A model generated the notes under the pieces. It saw only the letters and a list, made by a program, of their open reading frames with translations. It was not told the DNA's origin and made no database searches. DNA of 64,000 nt, from positions 694 through 64,693 of the forward strand of contig DASQHL010000156.1 of the NCBI GenBank assembly GCA_035632115.1, read 5' to 3'. The stretch comes from Dehalococcoidia bacterium (GTDB lineage Bacteria; Chloroflexota; Dehalococcoidia; DSTF01; JACRBR01). Made by a program: the position numbers and the translations under genes. Below are positions 1-7,608 of this stretch, piece after piece. Position 1 is the first letter of the stretch, and the number at the start of each line of letters is the position of its first letter.

Positions 1-228
1 GAGGATGTGCTCCGCGGCAGCGCGCGCCTCGTCCGCGGATGAGGCGAACTTGATGCCGCCGGCCTTCATGCGGCCGCCTGTCAGCACCTGCGACTTCAGC
101 ACCAGCTCGCCGCCGACCTCGGCGGCGATACGCGCCGCCTCGTCGGCGGTCGTCGCCGTGCCACCCCTGGAGGCGGGGACGCCCGCCTTCGCCAGCAGCG
201 CCTTCGCCTCGAATTCGTAGAACCTCAT
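1..228 (-). CDS. Succinyl-CoA synthetase / malate-CoA ligase beta subunit-like (ATP-grasp N-terminus), 5' portion only; gene continues beyond the window start
   Basis: The minus-strand translation from the ATG at 226-228 reads MRFYEFEAKALLAKAGVPASRGGTATTADEAARIAAEVGGELVLKSQVLTGGRMKAGGIKFASSADEARAAAEHIL. This is a SucC/MtkA-like N-terminus (compare E. coli SucC MNLHEYQAKQLF...[21 protein letters not shown]). Its ATG overlaps the vapC TGA as ATGA. Confidence 0.6.
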   Translation of the reverse strand, partial: MRFYEFEAKALLAKAGVPASRGGTATTADEAARIAAEVGGELVLKSQVLTGGRMKAGGIKFASSADEARAAAEHIL

Positions 229-692
229 ACGTCGTCCTCTGGGTTGAGTACCACCAGCCCGAGCGTCACGGCCGCCTCGCGCAGCGCATGGTCCGCCACG
301 ATGAACGCGCCGGGCTGCATATTAGGCGCTCTGGGCGCTTCGAACCACACGACTGCTGTCGCAAGCTGTATCGCGTCGAGGCCCCGCAGACGCCCCGTGA
401 TGCGAGGCTCGCCAAGCATGAGGCGCACCGCCTCACGGCGCACGGTTTCCGAAAGCTCGACTACATCGAAACCGGCAACATCAGCGAGGAATCGCCGGTA
501 CAGGGCGCCGCTCTGATCGGGACTCAGATCCCCGATCACGGTGCGACGCCGGAGCGCAGAAGCAAACTCGACTGCCGTGATCGCCGAAACGCCGATATCG
601 TCGGACACGGCCAGACCGCGAGCCTGCTCCGAGCCGGCCTCCGCGACGTACAACTTGACCAGGGCGCTCGTGTCCCAGAAGTTCGCCGCCAC
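225..692 (-). CDS. vapC: PIN-domain ribonuclease, VapC-like toxin
   Basis: 155 aa. The N-terminal FWDTSALVKLYVAE places the first PIN acidic residue near position 7, as is typical of VapC. Further acidic residues lie downstream. It has a GTG start, and GC is somewhat lower than the neighbours. Confidence 0.7.
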   Translation of the reverse strand: MAANFWDTSALVKLYVAEAGSEQARGLAVSDDIGVSAITAVEFASALRRRTVIGDLSPDQSGALYRRFLADVAGFDVVELSETVRREAVRLMLGEPRITGRLRGLDAIQLATAVVWFEAPRAPNMQPGAFIVADHALREAAVTLGLVVLNPEDDV

Positions 693-695
693 CCG

Positions 696-1013
696 CTACT
701 CGTCCCGCTCGTCGCGAATTGTTTGCGAGAGAGGTGGGTTGAGCCGTGGCATCGATCGCCGCAGCGTGTCTCGATCAGGCATGTCAGGCGTGGGCCGCAG
801 GTGCTCGGGCCACTGACTGAGGTCAGGGGGCGGCGCCAGCATGTCGCCCAGCGCCTCACGGATGCGGCGGCGCTCCGCCTCCCGCGTGCTCTCCGGCGCC
901 ACAGGCACGCGCTTCTCCCGCCGGTGCAGCGCGTGCCGCAGCCCCGCCAGCAGCGACGCGGTTGAGAGCAGCGCCAGCGCGCCCGCCAGCACAAGTAGGA
1001 GTTGCTTCTTCAT
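696..1013 (-). CDS. Small hypothetical protein immediately upstream of vapC (possible antitoxin position); hydrophobic signal-peptide-like N-terminus, Arg/Glu-rich C-terminus
   Basis: Only the distal ~105 codons of the 696..1337 ORF are plausible. They run from MKKQLLLVLAGALALL to ...TIRDERDE. The stop at 696-698 lies 3 nt from the vapC start, which is the classic TA coupling geometry. No recognisable RHH, AbrB or Phd fold. Confidence 0.3.
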   Translation of the reverse strand: MKKQLLLVLAGALALLSTASLLAGLRHALHRREKRVPVAPESTREAERRRIREALGDMLAPPPDLSQWPEHLRPTPDMPDRDTLRRSMPRLNPPLSQTIRDERDE

Positions 1014-1039
1014 CACAGAGGTATCGTACCGGATCGGCT

Positions 1040-2068
1040 CTACGCCACCCGGCCCATCACTTCTAGGATGTCGTAGCCGGAGACTTCCTTCGACTTCGCA
1101 GCCATGTCGGCGAGCCATTGCGCGTCCAGCGTGCCGGCTTGCACTGCCTTCGCCAGGTCCATGAGCATGGCCTTCGTCGTCGCCTCGTCGTAGAACTCGC
1201 CGGTCTCCGGGTCGGCGATGGAGCCGCCGCCGAGGCGGTGGTACACCTCCAGGGAGCGCTTCGTTTTCGCGATCTGCTCCGCGTCCGGCGTGAACACCTC
1301 GTTCGCGATCTCCGCCTGCTGCGGGTGGATCACCCACGTGCCGTCCATGCCCAGGTCGCGCGAGCCGAGGTTCTTCTCGCGGAGCTGCTCCTTGATCGCG
1401 GCCGCCTCCTGGTCCGGCGTGCCGGGGCGGATCAGGCGCAAGAACGCGTTATCCACGGCGTGCAGCCCGGCCGCCTTCGCGGCGACGACGGTGGCCTGCT
1501 TCGCGTAGTGGAAGTTGCGGTTCTGGTGGTCGATCATCTCGCGCACGCCCATGGAGGCGCTGAAGTCGGCGATGCCGAAGATCAGCCCCGCCATGCGCGG
1601 CGATGCTGTCGCGATCTTGTACGCGTTCACGACGGCCAGCGGCGTCTCGATCAGGGCCTCGATCTGCACGTGCGTCGTCCAGCCGCCCTGCTCCTCCAGC
1701 GCGTCCAGCAGCCGCGAGAGGTGCACGATGTCTTCGGGCGTCTCGGTTTTAGGCAGGATGATGCCGTGGAACCGGTCCGGCGCGCCGAGCATGATCGCCT
1801 GGACGTCGCCGAGGAAGTACTTCGAGCGGATGTTGTTGGGGCGGATGGCGATGACCTTCGTGCCGAAGTCGATGGTGTTCAGCGCCTCCACGAGCGTGGT
1901 GCGGCTGGGCTCGCCCTTGAAGTCGTACGGGCAGGCGTCCTCGAAGTCGGGCATCACGTGGTCGACGGGCGCCTTCGCCGCGTTCTGGTTCATCTTCAGC
2001 GTGTGGCACGGGTACGTCAGCTCCGTCCGCGGGATGACGATCCGGCCCTGCTTCTGCATTACGTACAT
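1040..2068 (-). CDS. mcl: L-malyl-CoA / beta-methylmalyl-CoA lyase (CitE/HpcH aldolase family)
   Basis: 342 aa. Shows the motifs SPRMAGLIFGIADFSASMG and WVIHPQQAEIANEVFTPDAEQI. These closely match Rhodobacter Mcl1 (SPRLQAMSLGAADFAASMG, WAIHPKQVALANEVFTPSE). Confidence 0.8.
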   Translation of the reverse strand: MYVMQKQGRIVIPRTELTYPCHTLKMNQNAAKAPVDHVMPDFEDACPYDFKGEPSRTTLVEALNTIDFGTKVIAIRPNNIRSKYFLGDVQAIMLGAPDRFHGIILPKTETPEDIVHLSRLLDALEEQGGWTTHVQIEALIETPLAVVNAYKIATASPRMAGLIFGIADFSASMGVREMIDHQNRNFHYAKQATVVAAKAAGLHAVDNAFLRLIRPGTPDQEAAAIKEQLREKNLGSRDLGMDGTWVIHPQQAEIANEVFTPDAEQIAKTKRSLEVYHRLGGGSIADPETGEFYDEATTKAMLMDLAKAVQAGTLDAQWLADMAAKSKEVSGYDILEVMGRVA

Positions 2069-2111
2069 AGACTTGACTCCTGCGATACTTCCAGAGCGGT
2101 GAAGACGACAT

Positions 2112-2921
2112 TCAACCTTGCCCGAGCGGCGTTACCTTGAACGAGATCTCGTATTGCCAGAGTTCCAAACCAGGCACGGCAGAAGCCGCCATTGCCAGCG
2201 TGTCATTGCTCTCCGAAAGCACGAGCATGCCGCGAACTGACTGACCATCTCTGCATAGTTTAGTCTTCACCCATCCCATGTAGCTGAGTATTTGGCCGAT
2301 CGCCTTACGATCCGTCCCCCAGCGCTTCGTTTCGATCACGACGAAATTGCCATCGTCGTCTGTGCACAGGAAATCGATCTGCCCTACGCCCGGATCGGAG
2401 GTCAGGAACTCCCTGCCTCTTCCATTTTGATACACGCTGAGCCTCGGGAAACATGACTTCCAGTGTCGATGGAGGTAGTCCTGTAGATGAAGTTCCAGGA
2501 GCGCAACTCCGGGGACTTCTTCATCACCGGCAGACTCGGAGTCAACCCCGTCCGGCGCCGTGATCTCGCGACCACCGAACCACTCCATCAACGCGGGGTA
2601 ACTAAGGCTGTCGAGATCCTGCCTCGGATTTTGGAGGAACTGTTGCCGCTCACGTTCAGTAAGGAGTCGAAATCGTTTGCCGTGCATGGCGGGATCGTCG
2701 CAGACAAACAAAGGCCGCCTTAGGTATGGCAGGCTTGGGTCGTATTTCTTCGTTCGGTCGTTGATACAGTGGAACCTCAGTTGGTTGTTCAACGTTCCCA
2801 CGTTCGCGGTGGGTTCAGCGTCGAGCGCTTCATCGACGATCTCTCGCGCCGTGAACCACTCTCCTTCCTGACGGCCGGTCAGACGCATGGTGGAGGCACG
2901 GACTACTTCCCAATATGCCAT
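2112..2921 (-). CDS. Mrr-like restriction-type nuclease: N-terminal winged-helix-like domain plus C-terminal PD-(D/E)xK (NucS/DUF91-style) nuclease domain
   Basis: 269 aa. The C-terminal LELHLQDYL...GQIDFLCTDDDGNFVVIETKRWGTDRKAIGQILSYMGWV carries the D...E-x-K core plus a conserved Q. Local GC is visibly lower than the flanks. Confidence 0.6.
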   Translation of the reverse strand: MAYWEVVRASTMRLTGRQEGEWFTAREIVDEALDAEPTANVGTLNNQLRFHCINDRTKKYDPSLPYLRRPLFVCDDPAMHGKRFRLLTERERQQFLQNPRQDLDSLSYPALMEWFGGREITAPDGVDSESAGDEEVPGVALLELHLQDYLHRHWKSCFPRLSVYQNGRGREFLTSDPGVGQIDFLCTDDDGNFVVIETKRWGTDRKAIGQILSYMGWVKTKLCRDGQSVRGMLVLSESNDTLAMAASAVPGLELWQYEISFKVTPLGQG

Positions 2922-2982
2922 TGACCGCGCTCCCTCAACGCTCGACGTCTCCCAGGGTACAGTTCGCGGCAGGTGGAGTTCA

Positions 2983-4647
2983 TCAGCTCGCGCCCGACGT
3001 CAACGCCCGCGCGATCACTTTCAGCTCCAGCGTCGCTTTCACACCCTCGAAGATCGGCAGCACCTGCGCGTCCGCCACGTAGCGGCTGATCCGGTCCTCC
3101 TCCGCGTAGCCCCAGCCGCCGTGCAGCAGCTGCGCCTCCTGCGTCGCCCAGACCGCCACGTCGGAGGCGAAGAGCTTCGCCATCGCGGGGCCGAGGGGCG
3201 CGCGGGCTTTGGGGTCGGTGGTGCGCGCGACGTCGTAGGTGAGCTGCCGGGCGGCGGCGATGCGCGTGCCGATCAGGCCGATCTTGTACTGCGTGAGCTG
3301 GTACTCCGCAATGGGGCGCCCGAACTGCGAGCGTTGCGTCACGTACGCGCACGCCTTCTCGAGCCCGGCCTGGGCGACGCCAAGCGCCCGGCCGCCCGTC
3401 TGCAGGCGGCCGATCGCGAAGCCGCCGAGGGTCAGGTAGAAGCCGCGCCCCTGACCGCCTTCCTCGCCGACCAGGTTCTCCGCCGGCACGAAGAAATCCT
3501 CGAAGTTCAGTACGTACGAGTGCATGCCGCGATAGCCCGGCGTCGGGATCGCCTCGCCGGTGAGTACGCCGCCGCCCGGCTGGCGGTACGCGAACTTGTG
3601 GCCGTCGAAGGCGTCCTTCGGCACGATGAAGAGCGAGAGGCCGGCGTAACCCTTGCTCGCGTCGGGGTCGGTGCGGGCGAGAAGTGCCAGCACATTCGCG
3701 CGGCCGGCGAACGTACACCAGGCTTTGGCGCCGTTGATCAGCCAGCCCCGCTTGCCGCCGCGCTCGCCCGGCGACGCCTTGCACTGCACCGCCGCCACGT
3801 CCGACCCGACGTCTGGCTCTGTCACGGAGATGCCGACGAGCACCTCGCCCGAGGCGAGGCGAGGCAGCCACGCCTGCTTCTGCGCTTCTGTGCCACCCTC
3901 GAGCAGCGCGCGCGTCAGGATCTCGGAGCGCGTCAGGAGGCTGCCGGCGATCAGCGAAGCGGCGGACAACTCCTCGGTCAGCACGATCATCGTCAGGTAG
4001 CCCATCTCCGTGCCGCCGTACGCATCGGGCACGGAACTGCCGAAGAAGCCGAGCTCGGCGAACTGCTTGATCAGCGATTCCGGCACCAGCAGGTCGTCGC
4101 GGTGGATGCGGTCGGCGAGCGCAACGCCGTCCTCTTCGCGCAGCACCTCCTGCTTCGCGAACTGCCGCGCGAATGCCCGCGTCGATGCCGCGTCGTCGTT
4201 GTCGAGGTCGGTGCCGTTGACGCCGCGCGACGCGATCACGCGCTCGCCGATGCCGCGCAGCCGCGCGTCGTCGAGCCCGGCACGCACGAGCGCCGTCAGC
4301 TCTTCGTCCGGCTCCGGGACGTCAGCGAAGTCGCCGGGGTGCGCCTGTCGCAGGCCGAGGATGCGGTGCACGACCTCCGCCGCGTAGACGAAGGCCTCGT
4401 CCTCGCTCAGTGGGTCAGGGCGGCCGGCCGCCGCCAGCCGCTCCGCGTAGGCGGCCAGCGATCGCATCGCTCGCGCCTCGGTGGCAATGAGCGCCAGCCG
4501 CTCGCACAGGACCTGGTGGTCATCGATGCGGGCGCCGGCGTCCGTCAGCTCCGCGGCGCGGGCTACGGCGGCCTCGGCCAGCGCCTGCGCCTCGGCGGCG
4601 AGGCGGTGCGCCGCCAGCAGGGCCGTCGTGGTGGTCTGCGATGTCAT
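2983..4647 (-). CDS. mcd: Acyl-CoA dehydrogenase with ~170-aa N-terminal extension; putative (2S)-methylsuccinyl-CoA dehydrogenase
   Basis: 554 aa. The ACAD core starts at about residue 190 (GGTEMGYLTMIVLTEELS...). Size and N-terminal extension match Mcd of the ethylmalonyl-CoA pathway. It sits between mch and mcl. Confidence 0.65.
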   Translation of the reverse strand: MTSQTTTTALLAAHRLAAEAQALAEAAVARAAELTDAGARIDDHQVLCERLALIATEARAMRSLAAYAERLAAAGRPDPLSEDEAFVYAAEVVHRILGLRQAHPGDFADVPEPDEELTALVRAGLDDARLRGIGERVIASRGVNGTDLDNDDAASTRAFARQFAKQEVLREEDGVALADRIHRDDLLVPESLIKQFAELGFFGSSVPDAYGGTEMGYLTMIVLTEELSAASLIAGSLLTRSEILTRALLEGGTEAQKQAWLPRLASGEVLVGISVTEPDVGSDVAAVQCKASPGERGGKRGWLINGAKAWCTFAGRANVLALLARTDPDASKGYAGLSLFIVPKDAFDGHKFAYRQPGGGVLTGEAIPTPGYRGMHSYVLNFEDFFVPAENLVGEEGGQGRGFYLTLGGFAIGRLQTGGRALGVAQAGLEKACAYVTQRSQFGRPIAEYQLTQYKIGLIGTRIAAARQLTYDVARTTDPKARAPLGPAMAKLFASDVAVWATQEAQLLHGGWGYAEEDRISRYVADAQVLPIFEGVKATLELKVIARALTSGAS

Positions 4648-4747
4648 CTGAACCTTCCCCCGGAAGCGGAACCTGTCGGGCGCCCCATTCTACGGCGGCG
4701 GCGGCTTATGTTCATCCCGGTTGTGAAGCAGCAGCTCGGGGGCCGCG

Positions 4748-5812
4748 CTACCCCGCCACGGCCCGGCGCGGCAGCAGCGCCACGTAGTCCAGGTCCAGCA
4801 CGACGTCCGGGTGGTAGCGCTCGCGGCCGTCGTCGCCGGTCACGCGCAGCGCTACGTCCTCGCGCGATGGATCGACGTTCTTGACGGCGACGAGGCGGAG
4901 GCGCAGGGCGCCCACGTCCGGCCGGCCGAGGTCGATCCGTTCCAGCACGTCGGTCCAGGCGAAGAGCGTGTCGCCGGCGAACGTCGGATTGGTGTGGGAG
5001 CCGCCGTTCCAGGCGGCCATGGCCAGCAGGTTCTCCAGCCCATCGAACGACAGCGCGTGCGCCACCGAGATCACGTGGCCGCCGTAGACGATGCGCCGCC
5101 CGTGGCGCGACGCCTGCTGCTGGTACTGGTTGAAGTGGACGCGCGCGGTGTTCTGGTAGAGGCGCGTCGCCATCTGGTGCTCGGCCTCTTCCAGCGTCAT
5201 GCCCTGCGGATGCATGAGGCGCTCGCCGGGGTCGTAGTCCTCCCACACACGCGCGCCACCGGTCGCGACGCGATCGAACCGCGCGATCGCCGGGAAGACA
5301 ACGTGATCGAGCGACGCCTTCGCGGGCATCTCGGGCGCGTCGTCGGCGCGGGTCGGGACGTCCGGGTGGCGCTTGTTCACCATCACCCAGCGGTAGAACT
5401 GGAGTACGCCCTCATCGCGCTGGTTGAAGCCGACGGTGCGCACCCAGACGACGCCGGTGTCGCCCTTCGACGTCTCGCGCCAGCCGAGAGTCTCGGTCTC
5501 GGCGCGCAGCGTGTCGCCGGTGTACACCGGCCGGAGGAAGCGCACGTCGGCGTAGCCGAGGTTCCCCGGCGAGTTGAGCGAGATCTCGCCGACGGCGCGG
5601 CCGAAGACGATGTGGAAGACGAGCAGGTCGGCGACCGGCGCCCGCTCGAAGCCGAGCGCCCGCGCGTACTCGTCGGAGCAGAACAGCGGGTTGCGGTCAC
5701 CGGTGAGCGCGATGTAGAGGGCGACGTCGCCCTCGGTCAGCGTGCGCGGCACGGGGTTGCGCAGAAGCTGGCCGGGGCGCAGGTCTTCGAAGAAGTTGCC
5801 GCCGAGTTTCAA
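4748..5812 (-). CDS. mch: Mesaconyl-CoA hydratase (double hot-dog MaoC-like)
   Basis: 354 aa. Matches known Mch almost motif for motif. Examples are GNFFEDLRPGQ, PRTLTEGDVALY, ERAPVADLLVFHIVFG, TGVVWVRTVGFNQ, YRWVMVNKR, EEAEHQMATRLYQNTARVHFN, GRRIVYGGHVIS, NPTFAGDTLFAW and VLDLDYVALLPRR. It has a TTG start that overlaps the upstream gene's stop by 4 nt. Confidence 0.85.
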   Translation of the reverse strand: MKLGGNFFEDLRPGQLLRNPVPRTLTEGDVALYIALTGDRNPLFCSDEYARALGFERAPVADLLVFHIVFGRAVGEISLNSPGNLGYADVRFLRPVYTGDTLRAETETLGWRETSKGDTGVVWVRTVGFNQRDEGVLQFYRWVMVNKRHPDVPTRADDAPEMPAKASLDHVVFPAIARFDRVATGGARVWEDYDPGERLMHPQGMTLEEAEHQMATRLYQNTARVHFNQYQQQASRHGRRIVYGGHVISVAHALSFDGLENLLAMAAWNGGSHTNPTFAGDTLFAWTDVLERIDLGRPDVGALRLRLVAVKNVDPSREDVALRVTGDDGRERYHPDVVLDLDYVALLPRRAVAG

Positions 5813-7488
5813 GGCTGAATCATTTTGGTCAGGTTGAGCGGTTCGACGAGAACCTGTTGTCCCTGCGTCGACTTCCCTGTGGTGAAGATCTTGTTCCAGA
5901 AGTCGTAGTTCTGCTTCCCGCCGAAGATGGTCAGGGACAGGTTACGATTCACCCACAGAGGGAGCGTGGTCAGATTCCGCAGGTAGTTGGCGATATTCGC
6001 CCACAGTGCATCGGGGTGGCGTACCTGGAACAGAGTGGTTTCGGTGAACGGTATCCCTTGAAAGGCGTAAAAGGTCGACACGATTTGGCGAACGTACGAA
6101 AGCCAGTTATACAGGATCTCCTCCTTGGCCATACGGTACGCACGAAGGTGTGCCTCGGGTACGTCTTCACCCGCTTGCACCTTGTTCTCAATTCGGTACG
6201 TGTTCCTCTCTAAGTCGAATTGGCCCTCGAACACGATTTCAGACACCAGATTCATCAGGCGCACGATCTGAAGGCGCTCAAGTTCACGCGGGTTCTCTCC
6301 CACGTCCAACCCATATGAGAGGGGCGTGGAGAGCATATCCGTACCAATGAAGAACGAATAGAAGGTCCTATCGATCGTGCTGTAGGAGATCGGCTTGGCA
6401 TTCTTGCGGCCACCCAAGTCTATGTACTGGCGAAGGCGGTTCTCTGGATCGTGGGTAACACCGTCGCGAACCGCGTCGAGTATGTACCGTTTGATTTCCG
6501 ACGCCTCGCCGCTAAACAACTTGACCAGATCCTTCTCGGAGAATTCGAAGTCTTCAGCAGTCCGTGAAGTCTCTTGCTGGAAGCGCAGGACCCGATCGCG
6601 GTACAGCGCGCTCCCTAGGTGCCTCTGCACTGACTTGTCGAACGCAACTTGTCGAAGCTTCGTTCCAGCGTTCGTGTTCGCCTGGAGCAGCACGTCGAGG
6701 TCGGGATCTACGAAGACTCGAACTGGCAGCCAATCAACATCAAGGAGGATCTGGGCGGCGACCTTGTGTTGCCCATCAAATATTTGGACTTTCCCAGCGT
6801 CAGGCCCCTCGGTCGTTAACCAAGCCAGGGAGACGTGCAGTTGCGGCCTTCCGCGGAAGAACTCCTCCACGAGTCCTCGCAGACTTGCTCCAATGCCCCG
6901 TGGATTTATGCGTTCGTCGTGGAACAAATACGCCAGCGGTACCAGCGCGAAGAAGTAGTTCATCTTGCTCAGGCCGTCACTGTAAAGTGGCGACTCATGA
7001 ACTCGGGTGCCATCGACGCCTTTGAGCCTCGGGAAGCCGTACCGCACGCGCTCTCCATCGAACGTAGCTTGCAGCGGGAATTGCGTGTCTACTTTCGATC
7101 CAAGCACGCCGCCGAGGTTGGGTGCGTCGCGGCCGGCGTCCTGCACGGCGGACTGTAACTTAGCGAACCTAGCCATCACTCTGGCCACGCGCAGGTCGGC
7201 TGCCTGCTTGGATCGATTGCAATGAGAATGGGTCAGCCCGAAGTTGCTCGGATCGTCCCTTCCGTGGTCGGTTAATGGCTGGATATGATCCACGTCGAGC
7301 GAAGCACGTTGAATCGCGTAGTCGATCTCATCTTCGCAGATGAAGCATCGGTCCCGCTGGATAGACAACAGCTTGAGCTCGAGATCCTGACGCTCCTTGG
7401 CACTCAGCTCTGACAGGTATTTCGAGGACATAGGTTCACCACGCAAACACGGCACCTGTTGCCCAGATAGTACCAGCTTGCAGCCCAA
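5809..7488 (-). CDS. HNH endonuclease fused to a DGQHK (DndB / DUF262 ParB-like) domain protein; candidate modification-dependent restriction / defence nuclease
   Basis: 559 aa. Has a canonical N-terminal HNH motif (CFIC...DVDHIQP...DDPSNFGLTHSHCNRSK). The sequence KVQIFDGQHKVAAQ sits near residue 235, compare the DGQHR signature of DndB and DGQQR of DUF262. Local GC of ~50% is clearly lower than the flanks. Alternative start MSSKYL at 7431. Confidence 0.7.
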   Translation of the reverse strand: MGCKLVLSGQQVPCLRGEPMSSKYLSELSAKERQDLELKLLSIQRDRCFICEDEIDYAIQRASLDVDHIQPLTDHGRDDPSNFGLTHSHCNRSKQAADLRVARVMARFAKLQSAVQDAGRDAPNLGGVLGSKVDTQFPLQATFDGERVRYGFPRLKGVDGTRVHESPLYSDGLSKMNYFFALVPLAYLFHDERINPRGIGASLRGLVEEFFRGRPQLHVSLAWLTTEGPDAGKVQIFDGQHKVAAQILLDVDWLPVRVFVDPDLDVLLQANTNAGTKLRQVAFDKSVQRHLGSALYRDRVLRFQQETSRTAEDFEFSEKDLVKLFSGEASEIKRYILDAVRDGVTHDPENRLRQYIDLGGRKNAKPISYSTIDRTFYSFFIGTDMLSTPLSYGLDVGENPRELERLQIVRLMNLVSEIVFEGQFDLERNTYRIENKVQAGEDVPEAHLRAYRMAKEEILYNWLSYVRQIVSTFYAFQGIPFTETTLFQVRHPDALWANIANYLRNLTTLPLWVNRNLSLTIFGGKQNYDFWNKIFTTGKSTQGQQVLVEPLNLTKMIQP

Positions 7489-7608
7489 GTGACGCTTGCC
7501 GAAAGGACTCGTGCGACCTGTGCTGCGCGGTTCAGGTGTGACTGTCGATCCGCCAAGGGATCGCGTGACGAAATGGACGAGTTCCCCTATATTCGTCGCG
7601 CCAGAAGG

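Noticed and set aside
696-1337. Full 213-aa minus ORF upstream of vapC
   Set aside because: The proximal 108 codons overlap the 3' end of mcl in another frame and are Gly/Arg/Pro noise. Only the segment from MKKQLL (1013) onward is retained, with low confidence.
2887-4884. 665-aa plus-strand ORF
   Set aside because: Antisense to the mcd-like ACAD. Arg/Ala/Gly-rich low-complexity translation typical of high-GC wrong-frame ORFs.
1040-5812. Assigning mcl/mch to the Chloroflexus 3-hydroxypropionate bicycle
   Set aside because: Mch is very similar to the Chloroflexus enzyme. But no mct/meh, propionyl-CoA synthase or malonyl-CoA reductase is present. The presence of an Mcd-like ACAD and a mutase fits the ethylmalonyl-CoA/methylsuccinyl-CoA route better. 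Left as pathway-type, not organism-specific.
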